NCBI GenBank assembly: GCA_963707985.1
Contig: CAVPRW010000007.1
Coordinates: 96,001 to 160,000 of the forward strand
Source: an uncultured Nitrospinota bacterium
GTDB lineage: Bacteria; Tectomicrobia; Entotheonellia; J063; CAVPRW01
Direction of reading: 5' to 3'
DNA: 64,000 nucleotides
In this document: one piece after another, positions 20,630 to 30,385 of the stretch
How the letters are laid out: each line of letters begins with the position of its first letter
Position numbering within the stretch: the first letter of the stretch is position 1
Made by a program: the position numbers and the translations under genes
Notes under the pieces: model-generated
Seen by the model: only the letters and a program-made list of their open reading frames with translations
The model's database searches: none
What the model was told of the DNA's origin: nothing

Positions 20630-20703
20630 TGTCGTATTTCACGACAGAAATAGTCCAAAACCGTTTTTGGCGGCCCATGAACGTATTGTCCTGAAATGCG
20701 ACA
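20630..20703. promoter_or_regulatory. tandem candidate enhancer (UAS) palindromes
   Basis: TGTCG-N7-CGACA (20630-20646) and TGTCC-N7-CGACA (20687-20703). Confidence 0.55.
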
Positions 20704-20805
20704 GTGCCTGATTCTAACGGCCAATCTCAGCACCGTTGATGGGAGGCCGTCGGGACGGTTGTAGTGGTAGCTAATTCAGTGGAAGAGTTCCTGGACGGAC
20801 GGCGT

Positions 20806-22176
20806 TCAGGCGTCGTGAATGCCATATAATTCGATCTTGCGATAGAGGCGATCGCGGGAAATCCCTAACACCTCGGCGGCCTTGGATTTGTTGCCGTTGG
20901 TGGCTTTGAGCGCTCGGATGATGGCCTCTTTTTCGGCTTCCGCCAACGAATGGACCTCAGCCCCGATGTCGAGTGGAACCATTGACGGCGGCCGTTTGAA
21001 GGATGGAGGTAGATCATCAGGCGTAATGGCTTTGTTCAGACGCCGCAGAGCGAAGAGCCCCTCGATCAGGTTTTCCAGCTCCCGAACATTTCCTGGCCAT
21101 GTGTGGCTCATCAAGCAATCCAGTGCATTGCGGTCGATGCCTTCGATATCTTTGAGGTAACGAGCATTATACTGTTGGATGAAGTGCTGGGAGAGCAATG
21201 GGAGATCACCGATGCGCTCGCGCAGCGGAGGGACCTCGATGGTGATCACGCTGAGACGGTAATAGAGGTCTGGGCGGAGTCGGCCGCTTTCAAGAAGGGC
21301 GGTAATCGGCTGGTTGGTGGCGGCAAACACCCGCACATCGACCGCGATCTCGGCGGTTTCTCCGATCGGTCGGATGGCCTTTTCCTGCAGGGCACGCAGG
21401 AGTTTTGCCTGTCCTTCGATGGGCATGTCGCCGATTTCGTCAAGCAGGATGGTGCCCTCTTCGGCGGCGCGAAAGAGGCCCCTGGCGCTCATGTGGGCGC
21501 CGGTGTAGGCCCCTTTGCGGTGGCCGAAGAGCTCGCTCTCGAGGAGGTCTCTGGGGAGGGCGGTGCAATTCACCGGCACGAACGGGTGGGAGGCCCGAGA
21601 GCTGAGACGATGGATGGCACGGGCCACAAGCTCCTTGCCGGTACCGGTCTCGCCGACGATGAGCACCGGACAATCAGCGGCAGCTGCCGCATGCATCTTC
21701 TCAAAGACAGCTCGCATCGGCTGACTCTGTCCTACCAGCTCCTCGATGCCATAGCGATGCTTGAGCTGCGCTCGTAGCGTGCGCACTTCTTCCTGGAGAT
21801 CTTTGATCGTGAGGATCTTATCGATCACGGCCAGGATTTCCGTTTTATCGAATGGCTTGGTGATGTAGTCGGCGGCACCGAGCTTCATGGCTTCGACGGC
21901 ATTCGCGATCGTGCCATAGCCGGTCATAATGATCACCTCCGCGCGTGGATCACGGCCTTTAACCGCTTGCAAGAGCTCGACACCCGACAGGTCAGGCATA
22001 ATCAGGTCGGTGAGCACGATCTCGATATGTGGCTCTGACTCCATATATGCCAGCGCTTCTTTCCCAGACTTGGCCACGATGGGGATCAAGCCCTGACGCC
22101 TGAAAAGCTTCCCACAGGTCTCGGCCATCCCAGGGTCATCATCGACAATCAGGATTTTATAGGGCTGCCGCGCCAT
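20806..22176 (-). CDS. sigma-54-dependent response regulator (NtrC/ZraR family)
   Basis: REC domain, GETGTGKE, ESELFGHRKGAYTGA, WPGNVREL, Fis-type HTH. Confidence 0.95.
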   Translation of the reverse strand: MARQPYKILIVDDDPGMAETCGKLFRRQGLIPIVAKSGKEALAYMESEPHIEIVLTDLIMPDLSGVELLQAVKGRDPRAEVIIMTGYGTIANAVEAMKLGAADYITKPFDKTEILAVIDKILTIKDLQEEVRTLRAQLKHRYGIEELVGQSQPMRAVFEKMHAAAAADCPVLIVGETGTGKELVARAIHRLSSRASHPFVPVNCTALPRDLLESELFGHRKGAYTGAHMSARGLFRAAEEGTILLDEIGDMPIEGQAKLLRALQEKAIRPIGETAEIAVDVRVFAATNQPITALLESGRLRPDLYYRLSVITIEVPPLRERIGDLPLLSQHFIQQYNARYLKDIEGIDRNALDCLMSHTWPGNVRELENLIEGLFALRRLNKAITPDDLPPSFKRPPSMVPLDIGAEVHSLAEAEKEAIIRALKATNGNKSKAAEVLGISRDRLYRKIELYGIHDA

Positions 22177-23560
22177 CATCCGCATCCTTTGCATCAGGGG
22201 CTATAGACCCCAGCTCAAGGGCCGATACCTCCTGGGTCATAGAGGCCCTGGGTGAAGCCTCGGACACCATACCCGCCAGCGGCAGACGGATGGTGAAGGT
22301 GGTCCCGTGGCCGACCGCGCTCGTCACCTCGATCGTTCCGCCCACCTCGTCGATGATCCGTCGGCAGATGGCAAGCCCCAGACCCGTCCCTTTGCCGGGT
22401 GCCTTGGTCGTGTAAAACGGTTCAAAGATACGAGGCAACCGAGCCTGGGGAATGCCGGTTCCGGTATCATGGACCCGGATAGCGACGGAGCGTTGCTGCA
22501 TGTGGGCGGTCATCGTCAGCTCCCCGCCCTGCGGCATGGCGTCGAGTGCATTGTCACACAGATTTACGAACACCTGCTCTAGCTCGTTCCGACCCACATA
22601 GACCATGGCTATTTCTGTCGCACGCAAGTGATGCTGCAGCCGCACGTTGTTCTTTCGAACCGTGGACTCGATCATATTGAGTACCCCGTGGAGGATCGGG
22701 TTCAGGCGTTCGGTGTGCTTGATCTCTCGTGCGGGACGGCTGAAGTGCAGCAGGCTCTCGACGATCTCTTTGCCATAGCAGAGTTGGCGCTGGATGAACT
22801 GCAAATCCTCGCGCTGCTCGGGGTCTTGGATATCTTCTTCGAGCATCTGGGTACGCAATAGGGCTGAACCGAGGGGTGTATTCAGCTGGTGCGCCACGCC
22901 GGCGGCGAGTTGCCCCATCGCTGACATCTTCTCAGCTTGCTGCATTTTACGGATGAGTTGTGCACAGGCGCGGATGTCACAACTCGTCTCCAAAAAGGTC
23001 GTGATCTCCCCCCGCTCATCCCGGAGAGGAAGAAGGCTCAGGCTGACATCGACGACTTCGCCACACTTGCTTAGTCGTTGGCTGGCGTATTTCACTTCAG
23101 ACACTTCGTGCCCGGCTGCCAAACGCTCGAGGAGACAAAAAAAATCCTCCTGCACGCCACTTGGGAGCGTCGGCAGCGGCTGCCCAATCACTTCGTCGCG
23201 GGTAAACCCGAAAAATCGCGAGGCTTGAGGATTCCACTCGTGAACGATACCTTGGCGGTCGACCACGACGATGGCATCACGCGCTTCCTCGATCAGTTGG
23301 CGGTATTTCATGTCGGATCGACGCAGTTGCGTGATGGCAGCGCGGCGGTGGGTAATAACGATGCCGGCCGCCCAAGCCGCCAGGAAAAACGCCAGGGCGA
23401 TGCCACGAGTGATATAGAGATAATGGAGCGTAGGGTAATCGAGGCCCTGGAAATAATTCTGTTGGATCACTTCCCAGACGGCGAAGACGGCAGCACTGAC
23501 GGTCGCGCCGCTGAGGACAATCCACAGCCAAGCGCCCTGTTCGAACAGCTTCCGTTGCAT
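22157..23560 (-). CDS. membrane PAS-domain sensor histidine kinase
   Basis: Two TM segments, PAS, AGVAHQLNTPL, DTGTG, FEPFYTTK, GTGLGL. Confidence 0.93.
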   Translation of the reverse strand: MQRKLFEQGAWLWIVLSGATVSAAVFAVWEVIQQNYFQGLDYPTLHYLYITRGIALAFFLAAWAAGIVITHRRAAITQLRRSDMKYRQLIEEARDAIVVVDRQGIVHEWNPQASRFFGFTRDEVIGQPLPTLPSGVQEDFFCLLERLAAGHEVSEVKYASQRLSKCGEVVDVSLSLLPLRDERGEITTFLETSCDIRACAQLIRKMQQAEKMSAMGQLAAGVAHQLNTPLGSALLRTQMLEEDIQDPEQREDLQFIQRQLCYGKEIVESLLHFSRPAREIKHTERLNPILHGVLNMIESTVRKNNVRLQHHLRATEIAMVYVGRNELEQVFVNLCDNALDAMPQGGELTMTAHMQQRSVAIRVHDTGTGIPQARLPRIFEPFYTTKAPGKGTGLGLAICRRIIDEVGGTIEVTSAVGHGTTFTIRLPLAGMVSEASPRASMTQEVSALELGSIAPDAKDADDGAAAL

Positions 23561-23720
23561 TGCAAACCTCGCATGCCGGGGCCACGCTATACTGCTGCGC
23601 AGGGGAATGTCAAGACCGAGGACCTGCGATTCTTCCCGAAGGCCACCCGCAACTCGTCCACTCCCGGCCTAAGGCAAGTTCCATGCGAGGCTGATGACCA
23701 GGGTGAAATCGTTGCCCCTA

Positions 23721-25139
23721 TCACTTGCCTGTGGCGACACGGGGTCGATTGCAGTCCTCATGGGATGACTGGCGGCGTTTAAGGCGATCCGCCATCCATG
23801 TAACCAGTTGGGGTGGAGTACTGTCATCTTGGAGGGGGCGTGGGTGTGGACGTGCCTGCTGGAAGCGCGGAGATGCTTTAGGAGCCGTGACCATGGCTTG
23901 TTTGGCCAAGAAGTGGATGCGAGGCAAGAGCAGATGTTGGATGATCTCCGCCCACATATATTGTTTTGCTGTCGCACTTCCAGCCCGTCGAAGGCCGCGC
24001 TCACGTCGAGGATTGGCATGCAGCTCGCTGAACAGGGCGGTGAACTCGCGCGGATCGTTCGTCTCCAAGACGAGGGCATTGTAGCCTGGAACCGCATAAT
24101 CTTCTCCGGAACAGCCTGTACAGGCTACCCCCCCCACAGCCATGGTTTCCAGCCCTACCAGTCCGAAAGGCTCGTGTCCGCTATTGGCTAGCACGGCACT
24201 TGCGGCATGGAAGAGCACCCGTCGCGGCGGTAAGGTGATCGCTGAACGGAGGCTAACGACATCGGTCTCTTCCAGATTCTCCATAGCTTTCAGCAGGCCA
24301 TGAATTCCTGGTTCGAGGAACGCCCGTTCGGCCACTCGTAGTCCGGCCCTGGCGGCCGCGCCTAGGACTTCGCCGCCGTGCGCCTCAACGCCTCCGCGGG
24401 CAATGAGTAAGGGCCGCCATCCTTGCTGCTTAAGTGCTCCAAGGATATCTATGGCGAGTATCCACCGCTTATCGGGATCCCACCGTGCCACTTTGCAGAG
24501 CACCGTCCGATGTCGCAGTCGGGCGCGAAATGCTGCGACAGCCTGGCGCTCTGGCCGGACCAGCGCCTCGGCTGGAAGGCCGTTAGGAATGACTAGCGGA
24601 TCCACGCCCCACCTCTGCATCAACTGCTTCATGTAGCGGCTCACCGTCGTGATGATCGCCGCGTCGGCCAATCTCCGCCAATCGATGCGGTGAAAGGAGA
24701 AGGTATTATTCGCATTCCACAGGATGGTGACCTGATCCCGTACGTGCGCCTCGCGTAACAGCCAATCCAGATGCAGAACCGCATCGACGGTGTGCCACTC
24801 TTCTGCCATGATGACGGCATGTCCGCCGTTCTGGATGTAGGGCAACAACGTCTCCTGGAAGAGAAATGGCGGCAACGATGCCACATAGTCGGCGCGCTTG
24901 CCTTCCTCCGCGTCATAGACCCCGGCTGGATGATACTGGCTAATCCACTGACACCAACGGTGCAGGTGTAGGTTGTCCTGGTTTTCATGACCCGGCCGTG
25001 CGGGATCACCAACGAACCACAAATGGGTCTCGTAGGTCGCATCAGCCAGGGCTCGCACCAGGCCTGTGATACGACTGGCGATCCCACCGGCCCTGGCGTA
25101 CTCGTCGGGACCTTCGAAGGAGAGAATATGGAATTGCAT
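23721..25139 (-). CDS. glycosyltransferase family 4 protein
   Basis: RAGGI, KVARWDPDK, HEPFGLVGLETMAVG. Confidence 0.88.
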   Translation of the reverse strand: MQFHILSFEGPDEYARAGGIASRITGLVRALADATYETHLWFVGDPARPGHENQDNLHLHRWCQWISQYHPAGVYDAEEGKRADYVASLPPFLFQETLLPYIQNGGHAVIMAEEWHTVDAVLHLDWLLREAHVRDQVTILWNANNTFSFHRIDWRRLADAAIITTVSRYMKQLMQRWGVDPLVIPNGLPAEALVRPERQAVAAFRARLRHRTVLCKVARWDPDKRWILAIDILGALKQQGWRPLLIARGGVEAHGGEVLGAAARAGLRVAERAFLEPGIHGLLKAMENLEETDVVSLRSAITLPPRRVLFHAASAVLANSGHEPFGLVGLETMAVGGVACTGCSGEDYAVPGYNALVLETNDPREFTALFSELHANPRRERGLRRAGSATAKQYMWAEIIQHLLLPRIHFLAKQAMVTAPKASPRFQQARPHPRPLQDDSTPPQLVTWMADRLKRRQSSHEDCNRPRVATGK

Positions 25140-25366
25140 GGGGGAATCCTCCGGTATGGTAGCGTGTGGAAGCGCTATCGCCCTGCATGAGTGGCATGCG
25201 TGTCCAAGCATGAAGGTAGGGGACGGCATTCGATGCGTGTCCCATCCCTATGGGTAAAACGTCTACGATTGAAAAAGGTTCTGCGGCCGGAGGACTTGCA
25301 TGAACACGAGCACTAGCGGAGAGCACAAAGGCGAGTATCGCTGAGACGGCCGGTCACTCCTTGAGT

Positions 25367-25382
25367 GGCAATTTCTGTACCA
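25367..25382 (-). promoter_or_regulatory. sigma-54 promoter
   Basis: TGGTACAGAAATTGCC upstream of the GT4 gene. Confidence 0.6.
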
Positions 25383-25869
25383 GTATAGCGAGCATGCGGC
25401 AGAGGGCACGGCGACAGTATGATGTGCTGAGCTTACCGTTGTCAACTGCGGCATAGTGCCTCTGGAAGTCGATCCACATCAGCTCATCTCATGATGTCGT
25501 AGTGGGCATCCACATCGTCACGAACCTACACAACATGTAGCATGAGCGCCTGCTAAAAGAAAGCCTAAAGATCGCCATCGGCAAATGGGTCACGGGCCAA
25601 TAGGGACAGTAATGCCTGGCTGTTAAAGGGCTTACTCAAAAATCTATGTGCCCCCGAGCCCCTCGCCCACCGATGGGTGGCTCTAGATCCGAATTGGACG
25701 CCTTGGGACAGAATACCCCACGACTAATGCAAGACCAGGGCAGGATCGATACCTGTTCCCCCTGGTACGGCTGGAACGGGTATGTTAGGATAAGAATCTC
25801 GAATGACTGCTGGCCGCGTGTCGTTTAGGCGCTTTGCGACAACGACAACAACGAAGACAAACCCTGCTC

Positions 25870-26995
25870 ATGGATACCCTTTCTAAGCCTGACTTGGGCA
25901 TTGCCAAGGGAACCTGCTATCTGCTTTTTGCTTATGACGTCGCGCGCGCCATCGACCTCGACCAGGCGGAACGTCATGTGGTGGCGATGAAACAGCGAGA
26001 AGTGTGGAAGCATGGCCGACGTGCCCCCAAATATTTTGAGTATCAGCCACCTCCTTTGCGCATCACTCAGGACGTCACCCCAATGGTTATCGGTGACTAC
26101 CGCAGTGGTGCAAATGTTGACCTCGTGCTGTACGAGTTCGGCGCCGTATCCGTCGTCTACACCATTCCACTCGGGGGAGCTTTGTCGGCACTGCTGACGC
26201 TGAGCAACGATCTGTACGAGACCACTTCCCTTCTTGCAGATGCGCGCACGCATGTCGAGCGGCTATTGGCAGTGATTGGCAGTGCAGTCTCCAAGCCAAA
26301 TATCGCGAATGTCGTCGAAGACTACGTCATATATCACATCGAGGCGTTTGCGGTACAGCATGACATTGATGACCTGTGCACTCGCTACGCCCAGGATATT
26401 GCCCAGATTCTCCGCGCTGAAACTCAACCCCTGTCGCAACAAGAGGTCATGGATGCATCGACGTATCGCCTCTCATTCGGCGTGGACGACGTGACGATTG
26501 TCGATTGGAATGCCGCACTCATTGGTGGATCGCGAAGGTGATGACATACGTACCGTCCTGGAGTTCGCCAACGTCGAGTTGTTGGAACTACGCTACCTGG
26601 ATCGCAGCCTCGATGATGCGCTCGATCGCTCGTACCAGGCTTTGACGTTGCCGCGGCGCAACTCACGACTTGGCCTGGGCGGGTTCGGTGCCGATCGGGA
26701 CCATGTCGCCCGCATGCAAGTGGACAGTGCTCTCTTGTTCGAAGGGGTGAATAACGCCCTCAAACTCGTCGGCGATCAGTATCTCTCGCGGGTCTATCGT
26801 ATGGTGTCGCAACGCTTTCACTCGGCAGAGTGGGACGCAGGCATCTTACGAAAACTACAAACGCTTGAGAGCATTTATGAAAAAATGTCCGACCAAGCCA
26901 CCACCCGACGTATGGAAGTGCTGGAGTGGATCATCATCATTTTGATTGCCATCTCCATTATCCTGCCATTCTTGCCGGGCGGGTACGGCCATTGA
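25870..26995 (+). pseudogene. RMD1/YagE-like protein with C-terminal TM helix, frameshifted near 26522
   Basis: ..IVDWNAAL continues in another frame as VDREGDDIRTVLEFANVELLELRYLD..LEWIIIILIAISI. Confidence 0.6.
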
Positions 26996-27292
26996 ACCCT
27001 CCGGTGCAGCACGCCTCCATTACGAGTTGGGGGGCGTCCAGCGTGTCTGGCAGACGCCGAATCAGCCGCCCGTGTTGATCGAGAAAACTGCTGCCCGCCA
27101 CCGCATGATTCTTCTGTTCAATAGGACATGGTGTCCCATTGCGGGGCATCCTGTCCCAGAGTGAGCTGGACGGAATCCTACAACATACCGTGGGCATCCT
27201 GACTGCTGAGGCCGACTTTGCCGTTTCCACCGTTCTCTAGAGAGGACCTGGGGATGGGATACGGCTGTCGATATGTAGTCAGGCCGCTCGAC

Positions 27293-27308
27293 TGGCACAC
27301 GAATTGCT
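27293..27308 (+). promoter_or_regulatory. sigma-54 promoter
   Basis: TGGCACACGAATTGCT, consensus match. Confidence 0.7.
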
Positions 27309-27324
27309 GAGAGCAGCAGTAACA

Positions 27325-28054
27325 TAAGCTGTGTTCGTTCATTCAGGTCGCGGCGGCCAGGGATGAGACGGCCAGTCGTATTGTGGGGGCTGCGGCCTTC
27401 CATGCCGGCTATTATGCTCAAGATGCCCCGATCGATGGTGCGGAGCGTTGTGGTGCTCCCATGTCAGCTTTCACCAGGATCGATGATCAACCAATCCTGG
27501 AGCGTGGTCTGATTGCGACGCCCGATCTCATCGTGGTCGCTGACCGACGCTGCTCGCTGACCCCAAGTCCGGCCGCTTCAGGGGGTGACGGCACCTCCCC
27601 TAGGGGGACGGAGGGGACAACCTCCCCGCTCCTGGCTAAGAAGGACATTTTCGAAATCTGGCGGGCGCACCGCCCACCGTATATCGCCACCGTCTCCCCT
27701 CGGCATCCCGTCGATCTGGCGCGGAAGTTCGAAAAGGCCAAGCAATTCAAGGGCCCCAAATTATTCCTGGCCTGTGCCCCGTGTCCCACAGGTTGGCTGT
27801 ATGATCCTTCACACAGCCAACAGTATGCTAAGCTAGCGGTGGAATGCGGGCTTTTTCCCCTGAAGGAAGCGGTGTCTGGGGAGGTGACGCACACCTACTT
27901 GAGACGGCAATGGCGGCCAGTGGAAGAATACCTCCAGGGCCAGGGACGCTTTCGTCACCTGTTTGAACCGGTCCGGCAGGAGGGCGTCATTCAAACGATG
28001 CAGGAAGCGGTCGACCGATATTGGGCGACGGTGCGCACCGACACGAAAGCCTGA
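27325..28054 (+). pseudogene. collapsed 2-oxoacid:ferredoxin oxidoreductase operon (gamma N-terminus joined to beta C-terminus)
   Basis: GRGGQG..GAERCGAPMSAFTRI..PDLIVVAD then KKDIFEI..PYIATVS..APCPTGW..AVECGLFPL. Confidence 0.75.
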
Positions 28055-28182
28055 CAGGGCCACCAGAACTGGCTCGGTGCCCTGATGGAACGTCTGACTC
28101 GCACGGGAAAACAGAGGGGGCGAGACACGCGTGCCGGACGTCTCGGCGGCCGCACACGGTGTCTCACGTCGCAGAGGAGTGC

Positions 28183-28656
28183 ATGATCGTGACAGGTCTC
28201 GCGAAAGATATCATGAATCCACAGGTCATTACGGTGACAGATACCATGGATCTGCGGGAGGTGGCCAAGATCCTGGTCGAAGAGCGCATTACCGGTGCTC
28301 CGGTGGTGGACGAGATGGGCACGCTGGTCGGGGTCATTTCGCAGAGTGACCTCGTGGAGTACGACCTTGCGGCCGAGCATGAGCTCACGGTGGAGGCGCC
28401 ATTCTATCGGCGTCCCTTCGACGATGCCTTGCAGCCGCAGCATGGCTTTCGCATCGACGAGCTGCCGGCGGATACGGTCACGGATGTGATGACCCCCTAT
28501 CTGATCACCGTGACGGAAGATACCCCTATCCGTGAGGTGGCGGCACGGATGGCCAGCTGCGGAGTGCATCGCCTGATTGTGGTGGACACCGATCAGCAGA
28601 TCCGTGGCATTGTGACCTCTCTGGATGTGTTACGCTGGGTGGCGGATCAGCCATAA
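28183..28656 (+). CDS. CBS domain-containing protein
   Basis: GAPVVDE..VGVISQSD; HRLIVVD..GIVTSLD. Confidence 0.9.
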   Translation: MIVTGLAKDIMNPQVITVTDTMDLREVAKILVEERITGAPVVDEMGTLVGVISQSDLVEYDLAAEHELTVEAPFYRRPFDDALQPQHGFRIDELPADTVTDVMTPYLITVTEDTPIREVAARMASCGVHRLIVVDTDQQIRGIVTSLDVLRWVADQP

Positions 28657-28789
28657 ATGCATGCTACCCTCCATCACCTCCCCACGAGCGGTGACTCGAG
28701 TGCTGATGCACCTTCGCCACGGTGTCTGGCGATGCCGTCAGGACGGTGGCGGAGTCGGGAAACGGGGTGTCCTATAGGAGTGCTGGATC

Positions 28790-29110
28790 ATGCGAGGTCA
28801 GATGTTCTGGCTAGGGCTCATCATCCTCCTGTTGGCGACGCCGCTCGTTGCCCAGGACCGCCTTCAGCTGATCGAACAGGGGAGGAAGTTTTTCTTCGAC
28901 GAAGGGTGCTTTGGTTGCCACACAGTGGGGAAAGTGGGAACGCCGATTGGCCCAAATCTCTCGGAAGTCGGCTCGAAGTATCCACTATCCTATCTTACCG
29001 CGTGGTTGCGGGATCCTGCGAGCCAAAAACCAAAGGCACATATGCCGAAAATCGCTCTCAGCGAGGACGAGATACGCGCCCTGGCCGCGTATCTGTCGTC
29101 GTTGCGGTGA
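28790..29110 (+). CDS. monoheme cytochrome c
   Basis: Signal peptide, CFGCH, GPNL, HMP axial Met. Confidence 0.9.
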   Translation: MRGQMFWLGLIILLLATPLVAQDRLQLIEQGRKFFFDEGCFGCHTVGKVGTPIGPNLSEVGSKYPLSYLTAWLRDPASQKPKAHMPKIALSEDEIRALAAYLSSLR

Positions 29111-29131
29111 GGGTTGAAAGGAGGGTCAGTC

Positions 29132-29506
29132 ATGACACGAACTCTGCTCGTCAGCGTTTCCCTCATCACGGTACTCCTCGGAGGATCAGCCGTGGCAGGC
29201 ATGCAGCACCGGATGGGTGGTCAGATGCCAATGGGGAGTCAAGCTGAGACCCAGGAGCCTTCTTCTGGCCAGCACCAGATGATGGGGCGTGGGATGATGG
29301 GTCAAGGCATGATGGGTCATGGCATGATGGGGATGATGTGTCCCATGATGGCGATGATGCTGGATCCCGCTGGTACAGCCAGCGCGGGTGGGCAGCCGAT
29401 GGATCCCAAAGCCGTTGGACGCCTGCTTCAGCTCCGGGGCGATATGCTCAAGGCCATGGGGGAAGTCTTGCTGAAGCATGGGAAGGCGATGGAGGAGGGC
29501 CAGTAG
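29132..29506 (+). CDS. exported Met-rich protein
   Basis: Signal peptide and (MMGxG)n repeat with MMCPMM. Confidence 0.7.
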   Translation: MTRTLLVSVSLITVLLGGSAVAGMQHRMGGQMPMGSQAETQEPSSGQHQMMGRGMMGQGMMGHGMMGMMCPMMAMMLDPAGTASAGGQPMDPKAVGRLLQLRGDMLKAMGEVLLKHGKAMEEGQ

Positions 29507-29558
29507 CAGGTACAGGTGCATCGCGCGGTCAGGAGCAAGACCGCTACAGTCGGCGCGA

Positions 29559-29996
29559 TTACCGTTGCAGCATCATGACATACTCAGCGATCAGGCGCTC
29601 GCGTTGGATCGTGGTCGCGTGCGGCCAGCCGATTTTGCGCTCCTTCATCTCGCGTTCAATGATTTCCCCCCACACCGGCATGGCCGAGTTGCCATGGGCT
29701 CGGACCGGCTGACGGCCGTCGATGGCAGCGATGGTGTGCCGCAGCGGCGAAGCTTCACCATAGCGTTCTCTGAGGCGTGTCAAGTCAGCTGGGCGGGGCT
29801 CCAAGGCCGCGGCCGCTGGCCCATCACCCATCCCGGAAATCCCATGGCAGGAGGCGCAATACCGCATATAGAGGTCACGTCCCTCGACGGCAATGACCTC
29901 GGTTGGCCGAGTGGCGAAATACAGGATGACACCAGCAAGAAGAGCCAGGCCGGCAAGGGATAAGGCCACATCTCGGGTAATGCGGAGTATGCTCAT
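29559..29996 (-). CDS. membrane-anchored cytochrome c
   Basis: CASCHG..GDGP, AHG..MPVWG. Confidence 0.88.
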   Translation of the reverse strand: MSILRITRDVALSLAGLALLAGVILYFATRPTEVIAVEGRDLYMRYCASCHGISGMGDGPAAAALEPRPADLTRLRERYGEASPLRHTIAAIDGRQPVRAHGNSAMPVWGEIIEREMKERKIGWPHATTIQRERLIAEYVMMLQR

Positions 29997-30385
29997 CGTC
30001 TTCTCCCGTGTGCAGTAGCGGTAAGCGAACCCTCTGGCGGGCCATTTGCGGCAGGCAAGTGGACGGGTCTGCCCCCAACACTCCCGACGCCTGCTAGAAC
30101 GCTAACAGGAGCATTGTATCAATGTCAAGGAGATGTCCCCGATGAAACTATCGGCGTTGACATCGCTTGATCCCTTCACTACACTCGCGTGCATGCGGTG
30201 TGGGCGTCAAACGAATCAAAGAGTCGGGGAATGTACACTTCAGCTCATGGCAGGAGGGGCTATGATGAGTCATGGATGAATGGATGCCGTGCGCTTAGCA
30301 AGGCCTGTCCTGCACAGGGCAATGTCATGACATGCTGGGGATGACGATCAGAGAAAATCAGACGGACATCGAAAGGTAGCCGGCG

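Noticed and set aside
26498..26541. Recoding at the split of the RMD1-like gene
   Set aside because: The split is a frame change without a slippery sequence or in-frame UGA; treated as an indel
30035..30050. sigma-54-like TGGCGGGCCATTTGCG
   Set aside because: Spacing is right but the match is weak and it lies more than 330 bp from the next same-strand start
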